A stretch of DNA of 64,000 nt from Lytechinus pictus. Taxonomy: Eukaryota. The position numbers and the translations under genes were made by a program. A model generated the notes under the pieces. The model searched no databases and had not been told where the DNA came from. It saw only the letters and a program-made list of their open reading frames with translations. The DNA is taken from contig NC_087245.1 in assembly GCF_037042905.1 (NCBI RefSeq), positions 8,992,001-9,056,000 of the forward strand, read 5' to 3'. Positions 1-44,558 of this stretch are shown here, in pieces. Positions within the stretch are counted from its first letter, which is position 1; every line of letters starts with the position of its first letter.

Positions 1-1380
1 CAGTAGCAAACAATTTCTAACTGATATCATCATGTTTAGTCATCAAGTGGTGCAAAAAATGGATTTAATGGCTTAGCAAGGCTATATATCAGGTAAAGTT
101 AGTAGGTATGTGTATGTAAGCCTAGGAATGCATATAGACTGGCCAATGTGAGTCTAGGCCTCTTTATGTTTTGATTCATCATTGGTTTGTGCTAGTGTAT
201 GATCACCTACTTAATGTTAGAAAGACCTTTACAAATTGCTCATGTTAAAATTGTTCTTTGGAATGGGGTAGAGAGGAAATAGAACTTTGTGAACTTTACT
301 GAAGAGAACTAGAGTGGTACCTTCAAGAAGGTATTTAGAAAAAGGCACATAGTAAGGTAAGGTATATAATAGTGCTCAACTAAGGAGGGAGGGGGGGTGG
401 CTGTGTGCTCCAATCTTATTCTAGCCCCCCCCCCTCTTTATAAGCCATGCCATCTATAAAATTATCTTTCTTTCTTTCTTTCTCTCTCTCTCTTTCTCTC
501 TCTCTTTCTATCTATTTATGTATCTCTTCCTTCTTACATCTGATAGGCAATAGCCCTAGGAAGATTTTGATACAATAGGTCAAGTTTAAATGTACTAAAG
601 TAATATGTTCTCATTCTTTTATTGTTTCCTCATTCAATCTCATGTATATCTGGTAATTATGTTTGGGGGCAGTTCTGGTATCCTGATATCTACACAAAAT
701 TTACATACACCTTTATATTACAAGGAGGGGCCTATATATATTGTCATTGCATTCACTCATTGGGCTATATGCAGGTAGGATATGTAGACATCCATATAGT
801 GAATATAACATGTATGAGTAACACATTAAAATGGGTCATTGCATAGAAAATAGGCATTTTCAATGCATTTCTTTGTGCTAGTGTGAGTGTACAGATATAA
901 AAGAATAGCAAAGTAGCTATTAAAAAAAATAAAATTCATAGGTCATATAATAAAGGTGCCATGAGCCTAATTACATCAGGAGGGCTAAAGATATTTGTTC
1001 GACCCAACCCATTCGAATTTTTTAAATTTGATATTGCTGATTGACAAAAGTGTATGAATATGATTCAAAATCTAACACTGATTCTAGAAATGGTAACTAC
1101 TGAACTTCCTTTGCCCAAATTGGGAAGATATATCAATGATTTGGAACTATTTTTTGACTGGCGGAAGAATTGGGGCTATTTTACTGTTTCAGTTGATGAA
1201 TGTGATCCCATCATAGTTATCTTCATAAATGGCGATTTATTTTTAAAATGAGCTGGCTACGATACCCTTCTCTGGTCAGATATGGAATGTCAGATATATA
1301 TCCTATCCAAAGGTAGTAAACATTCGACCCTCTAATTTCACATTTATGCCATTTTAACACACAAGTCTATGGGGAATGTT

Positions 1381-2916
1381 TTACGCGCGTGAGACCCGAT
1401 AGCAGATTCCCGTGGACACAAAAACTACAATGTTCGCAATACCTATATGTATTCCTATGCCATTCGCTACAAACTCCATGGCAGGAAAAGAGCCGACTAC
1501 CCATGCCATAAAACAAGCGAAGATATATCGAGGTGTTGTTACGATATTCTTGACTCCAAACGGATCGACCTGAACCGTCACAAAGCGGTAGATGGCCACA
1601 AGTAGAATATTGAGACCGGATATAACTGTGCAACAGCTCCAAATCGTGAAGTACATGTTTCTTACCTGCAATGAAAAACAACAATATAAGTTTAATTCAT
1701 AGAATTATCAAACGTTTGCAGATTCATTTTCTCTATGAAAGATGTGTTCTCTTAAACTGCTCTTTAATAAATTAAATTATTTTCATGCCGTTGAATTCAG
1801 TTGATTTACTTTTGTTTCTATATGCTTTCTCTGTAAACACTCAATTTTAATCGAGTAAATGTTATTATATTTTTTCATTCATTCTTGCTCGTAAGATTTG
1901 TTTTAAGAGCCTTCACGACTCTCCGTCAAAGGCCCTGGTCAAATGCCCATGCTGTGTCCTGTCAAATGTAAATGGTCCTGGATATAGTAGGGTTTAAAAA
2001 GTCAGACAACGCCTCATGAATGTTCATGAAAACGAAACGTTAGGTTATATCATAGAGCTATAATAGCTCTATGGTTATATGTATCTGATGTGATGTTTAT
2101 ATGTGATGCCATATCGCAGAATGAGTACCAATCACATCACAAAACTCGTCGAACTCGATTCAATAGTCTTAGGCGAATGTCTAATACCGCGGACTAGACT
2201 AAGATGGATTGTGAACGAAATGCCATTTTGGCTCTCTTTCCGCACCAGAGGCGATTTATCTTCTTTTTTTTTAATGTATGTGCGTGTGTATGATTTCGCA
2301 TTAAATTCTTAGGAAGGTCCGCGGATTGCCCACAATTGCCCACTTGACTGGGAATCAGTCAAGAAAGTTGCAGTACCTAATGATCATATCGAACGGGGAA
2401 ACGGATCAAGGCGATCAGGAGGGTTACCGATAACATTATCCGATAACAATATCCAGATATCCATATATTAAAATACATTCTTTTTCTTTTCTATTTCTAT
2501 TTTATTCCTTGTTTTTTAACAAGGTATAGCTCATATTTTTGACAGAATAGATTTAATTTGATATCAAAGTGGAATTAATGTAATTATCGTCATTATTATG
2601 GCGAATCCGCTTGTGAATTTCAATTCGATACCATCATTCGAGTGACTCACAGTGTTCGAATATTCGTAGAATATGAGAAGAATTGCTATCGGAGCTGTAA
2701 CAAAGTCTATAAGAGCCATGTTTAAGGTAAATATATTATGTTGTCTTTTAATCTTGGTGAAGCCACAACAATCAGGAGGATGAAGCCGTTCAGAGGTATT
2801 GAAACAGCAATTTCAATAAAACGCAGGATATCCATTTCGAAGTAAAGATGGGACTCTTTTTGCGAAGAGGATTTGCCTCGTGTGTCGTTAGAAAACAAGG
2901 AAGGCGCGACAGACAT
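1381..2916 (-). pseudogene. Rhodopsin-family (class A) GPCR, two visible exons (2916-2651, 1665-1381), frameshifted and apparently truncated
   Basis: Exon 1 has TM1 (ILRFIEIAVSIPLNGFILLIVV). After a 1-nt frameshift near 2740 it continues as TM2 (HNIFTLNMALIDFVTAPIAILLIF) up to a GTGAGT donor at 2650-2645. A phase-0 TTGCAG acceptor at 1666 opens exon 2 with TM3 (SGLNILLVAIYRF), TM4 (PRYIFACFMAWVVG) and TM5, then TAA. No TM6/7 seen. Confidence 0.72.
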
Positions 2917-4200
2917 ATCTTTTAGTACTTTACACTTATTGAACTTGAATTCAGAAGCTCATTTGGCAAGTTTGGTAGATGTTTAAAGGAAAGTCAGTGT
3001 TCCATGAAGATAGAGTATCCTGTTCACTAATATAGAGCGAACGCATTAAGATGTTGCACGTTGCATTTTGATTATCATTATTGAAACCTCTACAACAGGA
3101 AATGGAAAATGCGACTTGTCACTCAGAATTTTTTTTTTATTATATATATATATATATATATACTGGTAATAACTGAAATGTCCAAGAGACAAGCTGAATG
3201 CTCATTTCATAAATTAACATTTATTTTGTGTCAATCATTTCATTGAGGAAAGTATTTAAGCCAAAATATACTTCTCCGTGCAAGTGGCAGTAACTGCTGA
3301 TATTAGTTTGTTATTAAGGTATTGTGTGTCTTTTTTTGTGGGCATTATTTACTTATCAAATGGGGACAGATCTGTCTGACATTCATATTTACAGAATAAA
3401 TGGCGTTATCCTTTTCATTTTTGATGTATGTATTGACACCCTACTGCATTTAATAATAATCTGTTCTGTGCATTGCTTTTCATGACTCTGCTGTCGTCGT
3501 GAATGTAGTACTTGTATTAAACACTATCTTATGGTAAACATATTTATGTGTCACTTATTTTTTTGGAATAATCTAACGTTAACGCAATATTTGTTAGTCT
3601 ACCGATACCTTTTTTATATTTCAAAAGTATGTTATCAGGAACTGTCTCATGGTAAAATTTCATCACTAAAATTCACTTATTTTCGAAAAATACCGATTTC
3701 TGTATTTCACCTCTTTTTTAATATTTTTTTTACTAATTGGCGAAATATTCATTGTCCAAATAGACACTTCGATTGGGCGAATTAGATCGCGTCACCCTAC
3801 CACATTGACCCTACTGCTGAAAAGCTTTTCACGTTTCGTCTACATGATGGATGACCATTTAACTATTTAATCACTTGTTGCTAGTTGCAGGACATTAAAC
3901 GGGCAAATAAAACTAGGTAGTTTGTACATTATATCGATAACACATCATTTTTGTTAATAAATTGGTCAATAGTTACCTTAATACCGACTTACCACTAAAT
4001 TGTTAATATTCAGCATTATATTTCGCGCGATATCAACAATCTCGAGAGGACTATGACGTCAGAGACGATAAGCACGTGGGTGGTTGACGGTGAAGAGTGT
4101 TGAACGGGGAATCAGCAACAAGACACATAAGCACGGTGACGTCTCGTCATTGACGCGTAAAGGCGAATCCGCACAAGTCTGGTCTGATCAGAAGGACATA

Positions 4201-5354
4201 TTAATAATAATAGTGATACCTTATTGAGCGCGCACACCGTCCAGAGACGCTCATGGCGCTAGCGCAGCAACAGTTCCTTTAGATACAAATATTTTATACA
4301 CGTACATTACAGACAGCTACTTAGATATAAATAGAAATCTTAAATCACTACAAGTACCATCCTGCATCACCATCTCTGAAATTCCCAGCTACATCCTGGT
4401 GGGGCCTGGTGCCCTTGTGCTTGCTGCCCCGTTCATCGACAATTTAAGGGGCAAGCCCGGTCAGCTCAGTACTCACAGGAGCTCTAGCAAATAAGGGCAC
4501 CAGCCCCCATAGGAAGCCAGTCAGGCCAGCGTGTGATGACAGAGAGTGTACCTTAAATGCATACAAAACAAATATTATTTCTTAAAAATGTACATATTTA
4601 TACAGTGTATATAGAGTTAGTTGTGAAGGTATTAAAGGTTGAACAAATAGGTCTAAAGGTGTACTTTAAATGTGTCATGTACTTTAATGGAGCGAAGTGA
4701 CTGAGGAAGTTGATTCCACAACTTGGCCGCAGCATGTGAGAAGGACATATCCACCCAAGAACGTCGGGTAAAAGGAATCAGAAGCAAATTGTCACTTCCA
4801 GATCTTAAAGTACGAGTTGGATTGTAGGGATGTAGCGTATCTTTAATATATTGTGGCGACATCCCATGAATGGCTAGATGGACAAGTAACATGAGCTTAA
4901 AATGAACTCTTTTGTTGACAGGCAACCAGTGAAGAGAACGTAAAATTGGTGTGATTGAAGACATTCTAGGTGTGTAGGTAAGAAGTCTCGCACTGGAATT
5001 TTGAAGAGACTGTAATTTGTTTAGCTGGTGTTTGGGCAGTCCGAAGAGAACATAATTACAAAAATCTAAACGTGATGAAATTAATACATGCAGTAATTGT
5101 TCACATGCTTTGTCAGTCAAGAACCTACGTATAAATCCTAGGTTACGCAATTGATATCGCACTGACTTGGAAATACTAGATACCTGCTGAAGAAAGGTCA
5201 TGTAGCTATCAAATATAACACCAAGGTTCTGTACATTTGAGACGGGGAGAATGACTTTATCGCCTACATGCAGAACCAACTGATTGTGATTTGCTTTCAT
5301 TAAGGAGTTCTTGGAGCCCAAAATCATGAATTCGGTTTTATTCCACAGAGCCAA
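4201..5354 (-). mobile_element. 5'-truncated L2/CR1-group LINE (RT C-terminus plus 3' UTR)
   Basis: ORF 4653-5354 has NKTEFMILG, VQNLGVIFD, LISSRLDFCN, LRSLHWLPV and AAAKLWNQLP. A short TAT-repeat tail lies at about 4201-4212. Confidence 0.9.
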
Positions 5355-5670
5355 GATATAACATTGTACTCTTCACATGTGTAGATCGAATTTTTAAAGT
5401 TTTATGTTTCCTTGGCCTTGGGCCTCAGACGTTATAAGTCCTTAGTTTTGAACTTTGGCTCATAGGTATGAAGTCATTGGCATTTCGTCACCCGGCCTTG
5501 GTATTTCGGAAGTCGGACCTTGGGCTCGGAAAGTCTGGCCTTGTCATTGCCCTTGATCCGTTCATTGGCCACGGCTATTCACCGTTGCGCATAACACCAG
5601 TCTTTTCAGACATTATAATATTTATACATTATATTCATACTTTGATATATATGTGTTTTATGTTTTACAG

Positions 5671-38285
<32,615 letters not shown>

Positions 38286-39431
38286 ATATTATTCCAGCAA
38301 CCGAAAACTAAGACAGATATTTCATGGAGTTACTTTAGTAACTCCCTGATATTTGGTGTTTTCGTTGTGACAAGCACAGTGGAGCCTGAACAGTGTCGGC
38401 CTTGTCTGTAATTTTAGTCATGAAAAAGGTGAACAAAAGAGACAGGTCTGAAGAAACTCTATTGCGATTCGGAAACTTTGTGAAATATTAAGACGAGATC
38501 AGACTTCTCGTTCGTTACAGCAGATTTTTGAGCGTACTGGTCATGATGAGTCATAATGTTATTCTACAAAACAGAGGGTAGTATTAAAATTCAATTTTTC
38601 TGCAAAAGATCTGAGAGGAATAGGCCTACATGACTGGTGGAGAAATCGTCCAATTTATCCCCAAATGCCAAACAATACCTTCTTTTAAATTACATTGATT
38701 TTATTTGGAGAAATTATATTTTATATTCAATTTCCGTGTGTGTATGATTTAGAGGAGGAAGCACAAAAGACGTTTTTGTCATGTGTTACTACAACTTAGA
38801 TCGTAACTAGAATATTGGGGTTTATATATCTTGAATACGACTTACTTTTGTGACCTGCAATTTGCCCCCTTTCTCTATTACTATTTGAAGCTTTGTATAA
38901 GTTTGTTCCTACCTATCTCCCTATATTCATTTTATTTTTATATCTGATGTTTGTTTTCTGTAGTTCTTTTCATAGTTACATTTCAAAGATCAGTTATCAA
39001 AACGTGTTTCAAAATACGTGTGTGCAAAGTCAATAGATTAAAGACTTTTTAATTCCCCCTCCCCTAATTTTATTTATAGACTATGTACTTGTCGAAATGT
39101 GGGCCTCTACCTTAATAAGCAGAATTCATTCAATCCATTTTGCTTGTTTATGGTTATCATTTTTTATCAAATATTTTTATGGAAAGTCGTCTATAGTTCC
39201 GTTCCTTTATCATGTATAAGACCGACCCAGGTCTATCTCTTGGCCAAATTAAGTTTAATATGAGAGGTCGTTTCTTATACATAAGTCCATCTTGTGTCTA
39301 ATCTATATCCCGGAATTCTGCCCGAACTGAATGAAAGCTGACCAAAATCCTAATTCGACGGACACAAAAATCATTTTTTTCTTTATATACTCGATATTAA
39401 TTCACATGGACCAGTTGTTCTTACCTTTATA

Positions 39432-40418
39432 CAGTGCGTATCAAAAAAAAGTTTACACTTTGAAAAAGCCCTTGGAATAAAAAAAAAATACAACATGTGG
39501 GTAATTCTTTCACATATAATCTTGGGTTTGGGTGTCATCTATCCAATGAAAGTAAAAGTTTTGTCAGAATGTTACACTTGAGTGAGCACTGTCCATTTTT
39601 GTAAAGCTCGCAGAAATCTGTTTGCGCAGAAATGCTCGTTTTCACGCTGTGTCAAGGGGAAAGGGCGAAATAAAACTTACCCTGCGAAACATTTCTCATA
39701 CATCTCACTTGCACTTTTAGTCAATTGAAATAAAACGGATACATTCAAGCATTTTGTAACAATTTTGCCACCCAAATTGAAATTTCAACACTTAGTAAGC
39801 ACAACCTTTACCCTTTTTGTGCCAGCTGGATCTGAGGACATAACTGAATCTGAACAAAAGTTTATATCAGAAATCTCCAACATTTTTCCACCAAGTTTTT
39901 ATCATTGAAAGTGGGTTTACATTTCATTTTTCATTTAATACTTGTTTCTCCACACTTTTCCAAAGCTTGGCAATGATTAACAAAATGAAAATCAAGCTTA
40001 AGCCATTCCATGCAAATCACAGCTCAGTGTAAAGCAAATATCGTCACGATGGCCTCGGTGTGTGGGGGAGTGGGTGGGGCGAAAAGCACTCTTCGAAGTG
40101 TTTTGGGCAAGGAAACAAGTCAAAAAGGGTAAAAGATATTTTCAAATCAATTTTGCTAGCTAAATTCCACGTGTTCTTCATGATTAAGGTCTACTTTTAT
40201 TCGCATAACTATTCCAAAGTTCTGCGCAAATCATTTTTCACTAACTTTTCAAAAAGTAAGTGGTGCTCACTCTAGCGGAAATATTTTTCGGCAGTTATAT
40301 CGTCATTTGCTTAAATAGATCTGTACCAATGTTAAAATGTGGAAAACTCTTCAGGATATTACAAATTTATAATTTTACAGGATTTTTTCAAAGTGTAAAC
40401 TTTTTTTGATACGCACTG
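39432..40418. mobile_element. Tc1/mariner-type non-autonomous element
   Basis: TA|CAGTGCGTATCAAAAAAAAAGTTTACACTTTGAAAAA ... TTTTTCAAAGTGTAAACTTTTTTTGATACGCACTG|TA. Confidence 0.85.
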
Positions 40419-43400
40419 TATACTCAGATTTCTAATTAGGGCCCGTTTCCCCGAGTACTGTATTCAGAGGCTCTCAAACTGGTGTCATGAAAATACTACT
40501 ATTATATAATCCCTCTACTTGAGAAAAATTATACTATCTTGAATTGCTCGTTATTTAGGTGTATTTCTAAGGAGAGTGTATGTCATGAAAGGACGCCACG
40601 AACCATGTTTTATCGAAACTTTAAAAGTTATTCAGCAATCTCAACAAACATAGACCACTAATGCATCTGAGAAGAATGTATTATCAGTGTTTAGTAGTGT
40701 TCAAAGGAGTAATGTGCAGTAGTGCCACGTTGGAAAAGGAGAATATTCTTAGAAATGAGGATGTACATGCCTCATTCATTATATAACCAATTGCAATAGA
40801 TTAAGAGGCATTTAAAGTTCAGACTTCCTATTGCTGTAATAAAAAAGGCCAAATTTCAGGTAATTACTGTTATTCAATTATCCCACTTTTAAACAGGATA
40901 ATGATCAAACTGGAAACATGAAAACAACCTCATGTATTATTATTATGATCAATGGTTCCCCTGTCTTACACCGAAAAACAAGTACTCGGTAAATATAAAA
41001 AGACGATTCTGTATTCACTCCGACCTTCCTTGCCAATTCGTTACATTCATGCTGGGATTTTGTAAGGCATTTTCAACAGTAGATAGGTATATTTTATTTG
41101 GGTTCCAAACTATTGTTTATTTATTTCATATTCCTGCATTCTTGATAAAGGAACAACAGCTTGATAAATACATAATTGACATTATTCCATTTAGATGCGG
41201 GTATTCAGGCAGATACATATCACAAAAGATGTATTTCTAAAATGTATTTTGACTTCCGTAAGTTTAAATTGCAAGTTCGATTGCTTATTACCTTACATTC
41301 CTGAAAGTTAGTGAAATAATTGTCCATCTTGATAATTCATATTTGTATGTTTAATGAAATCACACTGAGCATATTCTGAAAGAAAATGTATCATCGTAAT
41401 AGTTTTCGGTTCCATATTGTAAGATGGCTGATGAATAGCTTAATGACTTCCAGATTATAGCTGAGAGTCCGTGAGTGCGACGTACCCCCATCCAAGTTCT
41501 GCCTCCCAGATAAGAAATATGGATAGAGAAAGGTAATTACTGTCATCATGTATATACGGCAAGTTGCGTAAAGACAGCCAAAAAATGTTAGAGGACATAA
41601 TAATTATACACAGTTTTTGTATATCAGGAGAAATCGTATTCCGGATATGATTACGGTTTCTATTTTTATTTTTTAATATCTCATTGATTGTTTGAAAGTG
41701 ATTTCGGAAAAATATGTATGGTATTAGACAGCATGGTAATGATAACGAATTTGATTGGTTATCTGTCTCCCTTATTACTATTTTGTGTGACATTTACAGT
41801 ATTAGTAGTATTATCATTTTTAGTACCATCGTCATCATCACCACCATCATGAAAAACTTCGTCAGCATCAGTTACGGAAGCATCGTCGTCATTATTATTC
41901 TGCCATACTATGCGTTTTGGGAGGCCAAGAGGGGAATACGTCTCGTCTCCCCTTCCCAATGCATCTTGCCCGCGTCTCGGTTGCCTTGGTTACAACGTAT
42001 GCAATCAATAGTCTCTAGGTGACACTTTACCTTCATGAACACTTGAGAAAAAACATGCAAGAAGGGTTCAGGTTTGTGATTTGATATACCCAGACATGCC
42101 ACTTGACTGGTAAACTAACCGCGTCCAACATAACGCTTAAAGGCAATACAATGCTTGCCCATGATCTACACATATATATCAGCGCGATAAAAGGGACGAA
42201 TGCGATGTTCATATTTTTTTCTTTACACGGAAGTATACGGCATTTGATAGATATAATTAGAGTATTAATGTGTATTAGTGATAGAACCAACCGTATTTTT
42301 CATGAATTTCTTCAAACCTGATTTAATGTAGTATATCATAAGATAATAAAATAGGGTCATATTTAATTATATGTACAGATTTTGCACTGAAGCGAGTGGT
42401 TGTTCTTATACAAATTTTCATGAAAGTTTGGTAATATGTAACGTTAGGGTGAAATTTTGTGTAAACTATAGATGTAATAATGGTATATCGAACATTTGTA
42501 GGAATTGATTGTGATAATAAGTACTGTTAATGTCCTATTATGTTTCTGAGTGATACTTGATAAGCTATTGGTTGGTTGTTCTGTATATATTTGTGAATAT
42601 TGTAATATAGCAATACCTCAGATATTGTAAAGTGAATGGATTTTGTGGTATTATACAAAAAATATCAATAACATATACTGTGGTATATAAAGTGCAAATT
42701 AATATTTTAAAAAGTGGAAAATTTCATTATTTTCAAATTTGTTGATGTTAGTCCTGGGTAGGAATTAATGCATGGCTATTTCGACGAGAAATCACTATTT
42801 GTTTTGGCAATGGGATGATAAGCCGTTTCATTTATTTGGGGGTGAGGATTGACTGCGCTATGTTGTTATTTTTAATGCGTAAATGGATGAACAGCTTTTG
42901 ACAATTAAGTGAGTAAGCAAAGCGACCAAGCAAGAAGGTATGAATAAAAATGATAATGAAACATGATTTATATAAGGCACTTTCCATGCTCATGACACGT
43001 CAGAGGAAAAAAATAGTGAATAATCCATACGTGAATTAGTAATATACTTGAATGAATAAAATAATGAATGAGTAAATAATCAAAATCAATGAGAAGGAGA
43101 GATGAAGGAGGAAGAGAAGGTGGAAGAGCTTAACGAGGAGGAAACATAAGAAACAGACACGAAGAATATGGAAAAGGATGGGAAGAAGAAGAAGTAGGAG
43201 ATCAATTCGGCTTTCTAGTGTGAAATTAACCGAATTCTTTCTGACTTTTTATACCAATGTGAAGTGAATGTTTTCTTCAATCTTCTAAAGTTCCAAGGAT
43301 ATTTTATGCAGAAAAGATAGTCGTGGTTGCAAATGTTGTAGGGAGGCTTCCATGATACAGTGTATCGTGGGCGTCTTACACTCTTAACAATATTGAGTAA

Positions 43401-43573
43401 AAGTGCTCCATGAGGGTAATTATGTGTCCAACCAACATTGGACATTTCTTTTGGGCATTTTTTTTAATCCTGTGTGATGAAAATTTTGCCCATTCTAAAG
43501 TAATTGCTGCTTATTTTTTAACCTTACTGGACAATGCTTCCCGCATTGGGTAAAGAAATGGTTGGACACATAA

Positions 43574-44218
43574 CAGTTGATGCCAAAAGTTAACATACAC
43601 CCATTGAATTCAGTAAAATCTGTACAGTTACCAATTATCGTTAACTTTATTATATCTTCACAAATATAAATACTACCATGACGAATTTGATATCAAATGA
43701 AAGAGTGTATTAATATCTTTCTCATGATTGGGATGCCGTTGTGATTAAAATATATTTCAGGTGGAATTTTCTTTGAAGAAAAAAAAAGGTAATATTTGTG
43801 CCAAATGTATTCTACTGTTTGATATTATATTTTCAAACATCGTTTCATAGAAATACATAAATGTCAAATCTATGATTTATATTACATTTTCTATCATATG
43901 TCACCACTAAACAAAAAAGTGTAATCTGAAATGTTTGTGTAGAGAAGTAACTAGCACAGATGTGAAATGTTTAAAAAAAAAATTATTTTAATTTGTCTAA
44001 AATATGAAGATTTTTTGGGGAAAAATGACACCTAAATATTTTTTAGCTCCTGATAACAAAGCAATGTGATAAAGGGGCATGATATACTCATTTGTTTGAT
44101 ATCAAATTCGCTATGATAGCACAAACATTTTATAAGATAGAGTAAATTTTATGATATTTGGCAAGTGTCAACTTTTCTTTGAATTTCCTGGGTGTATGTA
44201 AACTTCTGGCCTCAACTG
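43574..44218. mobile_element. Tc1-type MITE nested in a CACT-terminated MITE (43379-44266)
   Basis: TIR CAGTTGA(T/G)GCCA(A/G)AAGTT(A/T)ACATACACCC. Outer termini are TA|CACTCTTAACAATATTG and CAATATTTTTTTACAGTG|TA. Confidence 0.7.
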
Positions 44219-44390
44219 TAATTACCCTCGTGGTGGTAAAATTTTACCCAATATTTTTTTACAGTGTAGCTCATGTTGAAGATGTTTCGAAACACATTCC
44301 TTAAACATCCCTTTCCATGATAATTAGTTTTTAGTTGGGGGATTTATACTTAAAAGGAAAAAATATACAACAATACAACAATATAAAACA

Positions 44391-44558
44391 AATATACCGG
44401 GCGTTACTTTCGAAAGTATAGTGGAAATATTTATCCTCGGTTGGTCCGACAATGTTATTATTTTCCCTCGGGTCTCGTGCCCCTCGGGAAAAATAGTAAT
44501 TGCCGGACCAACCTCGAATAGAAATATTTCCACTATACGTTCTCAAAACCGGTATATT
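44391..44558. repeat. Imperfect palindrome of about 170 bp (small foldback element)
   Basis: AATATACCGG..GTATAGTGGAAATATTT..GGTTGGTCCG is mirrored by CGGACCAACC..AAATATTTCCACTATAC..CCGGTATATT. Confidence 0.7.
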
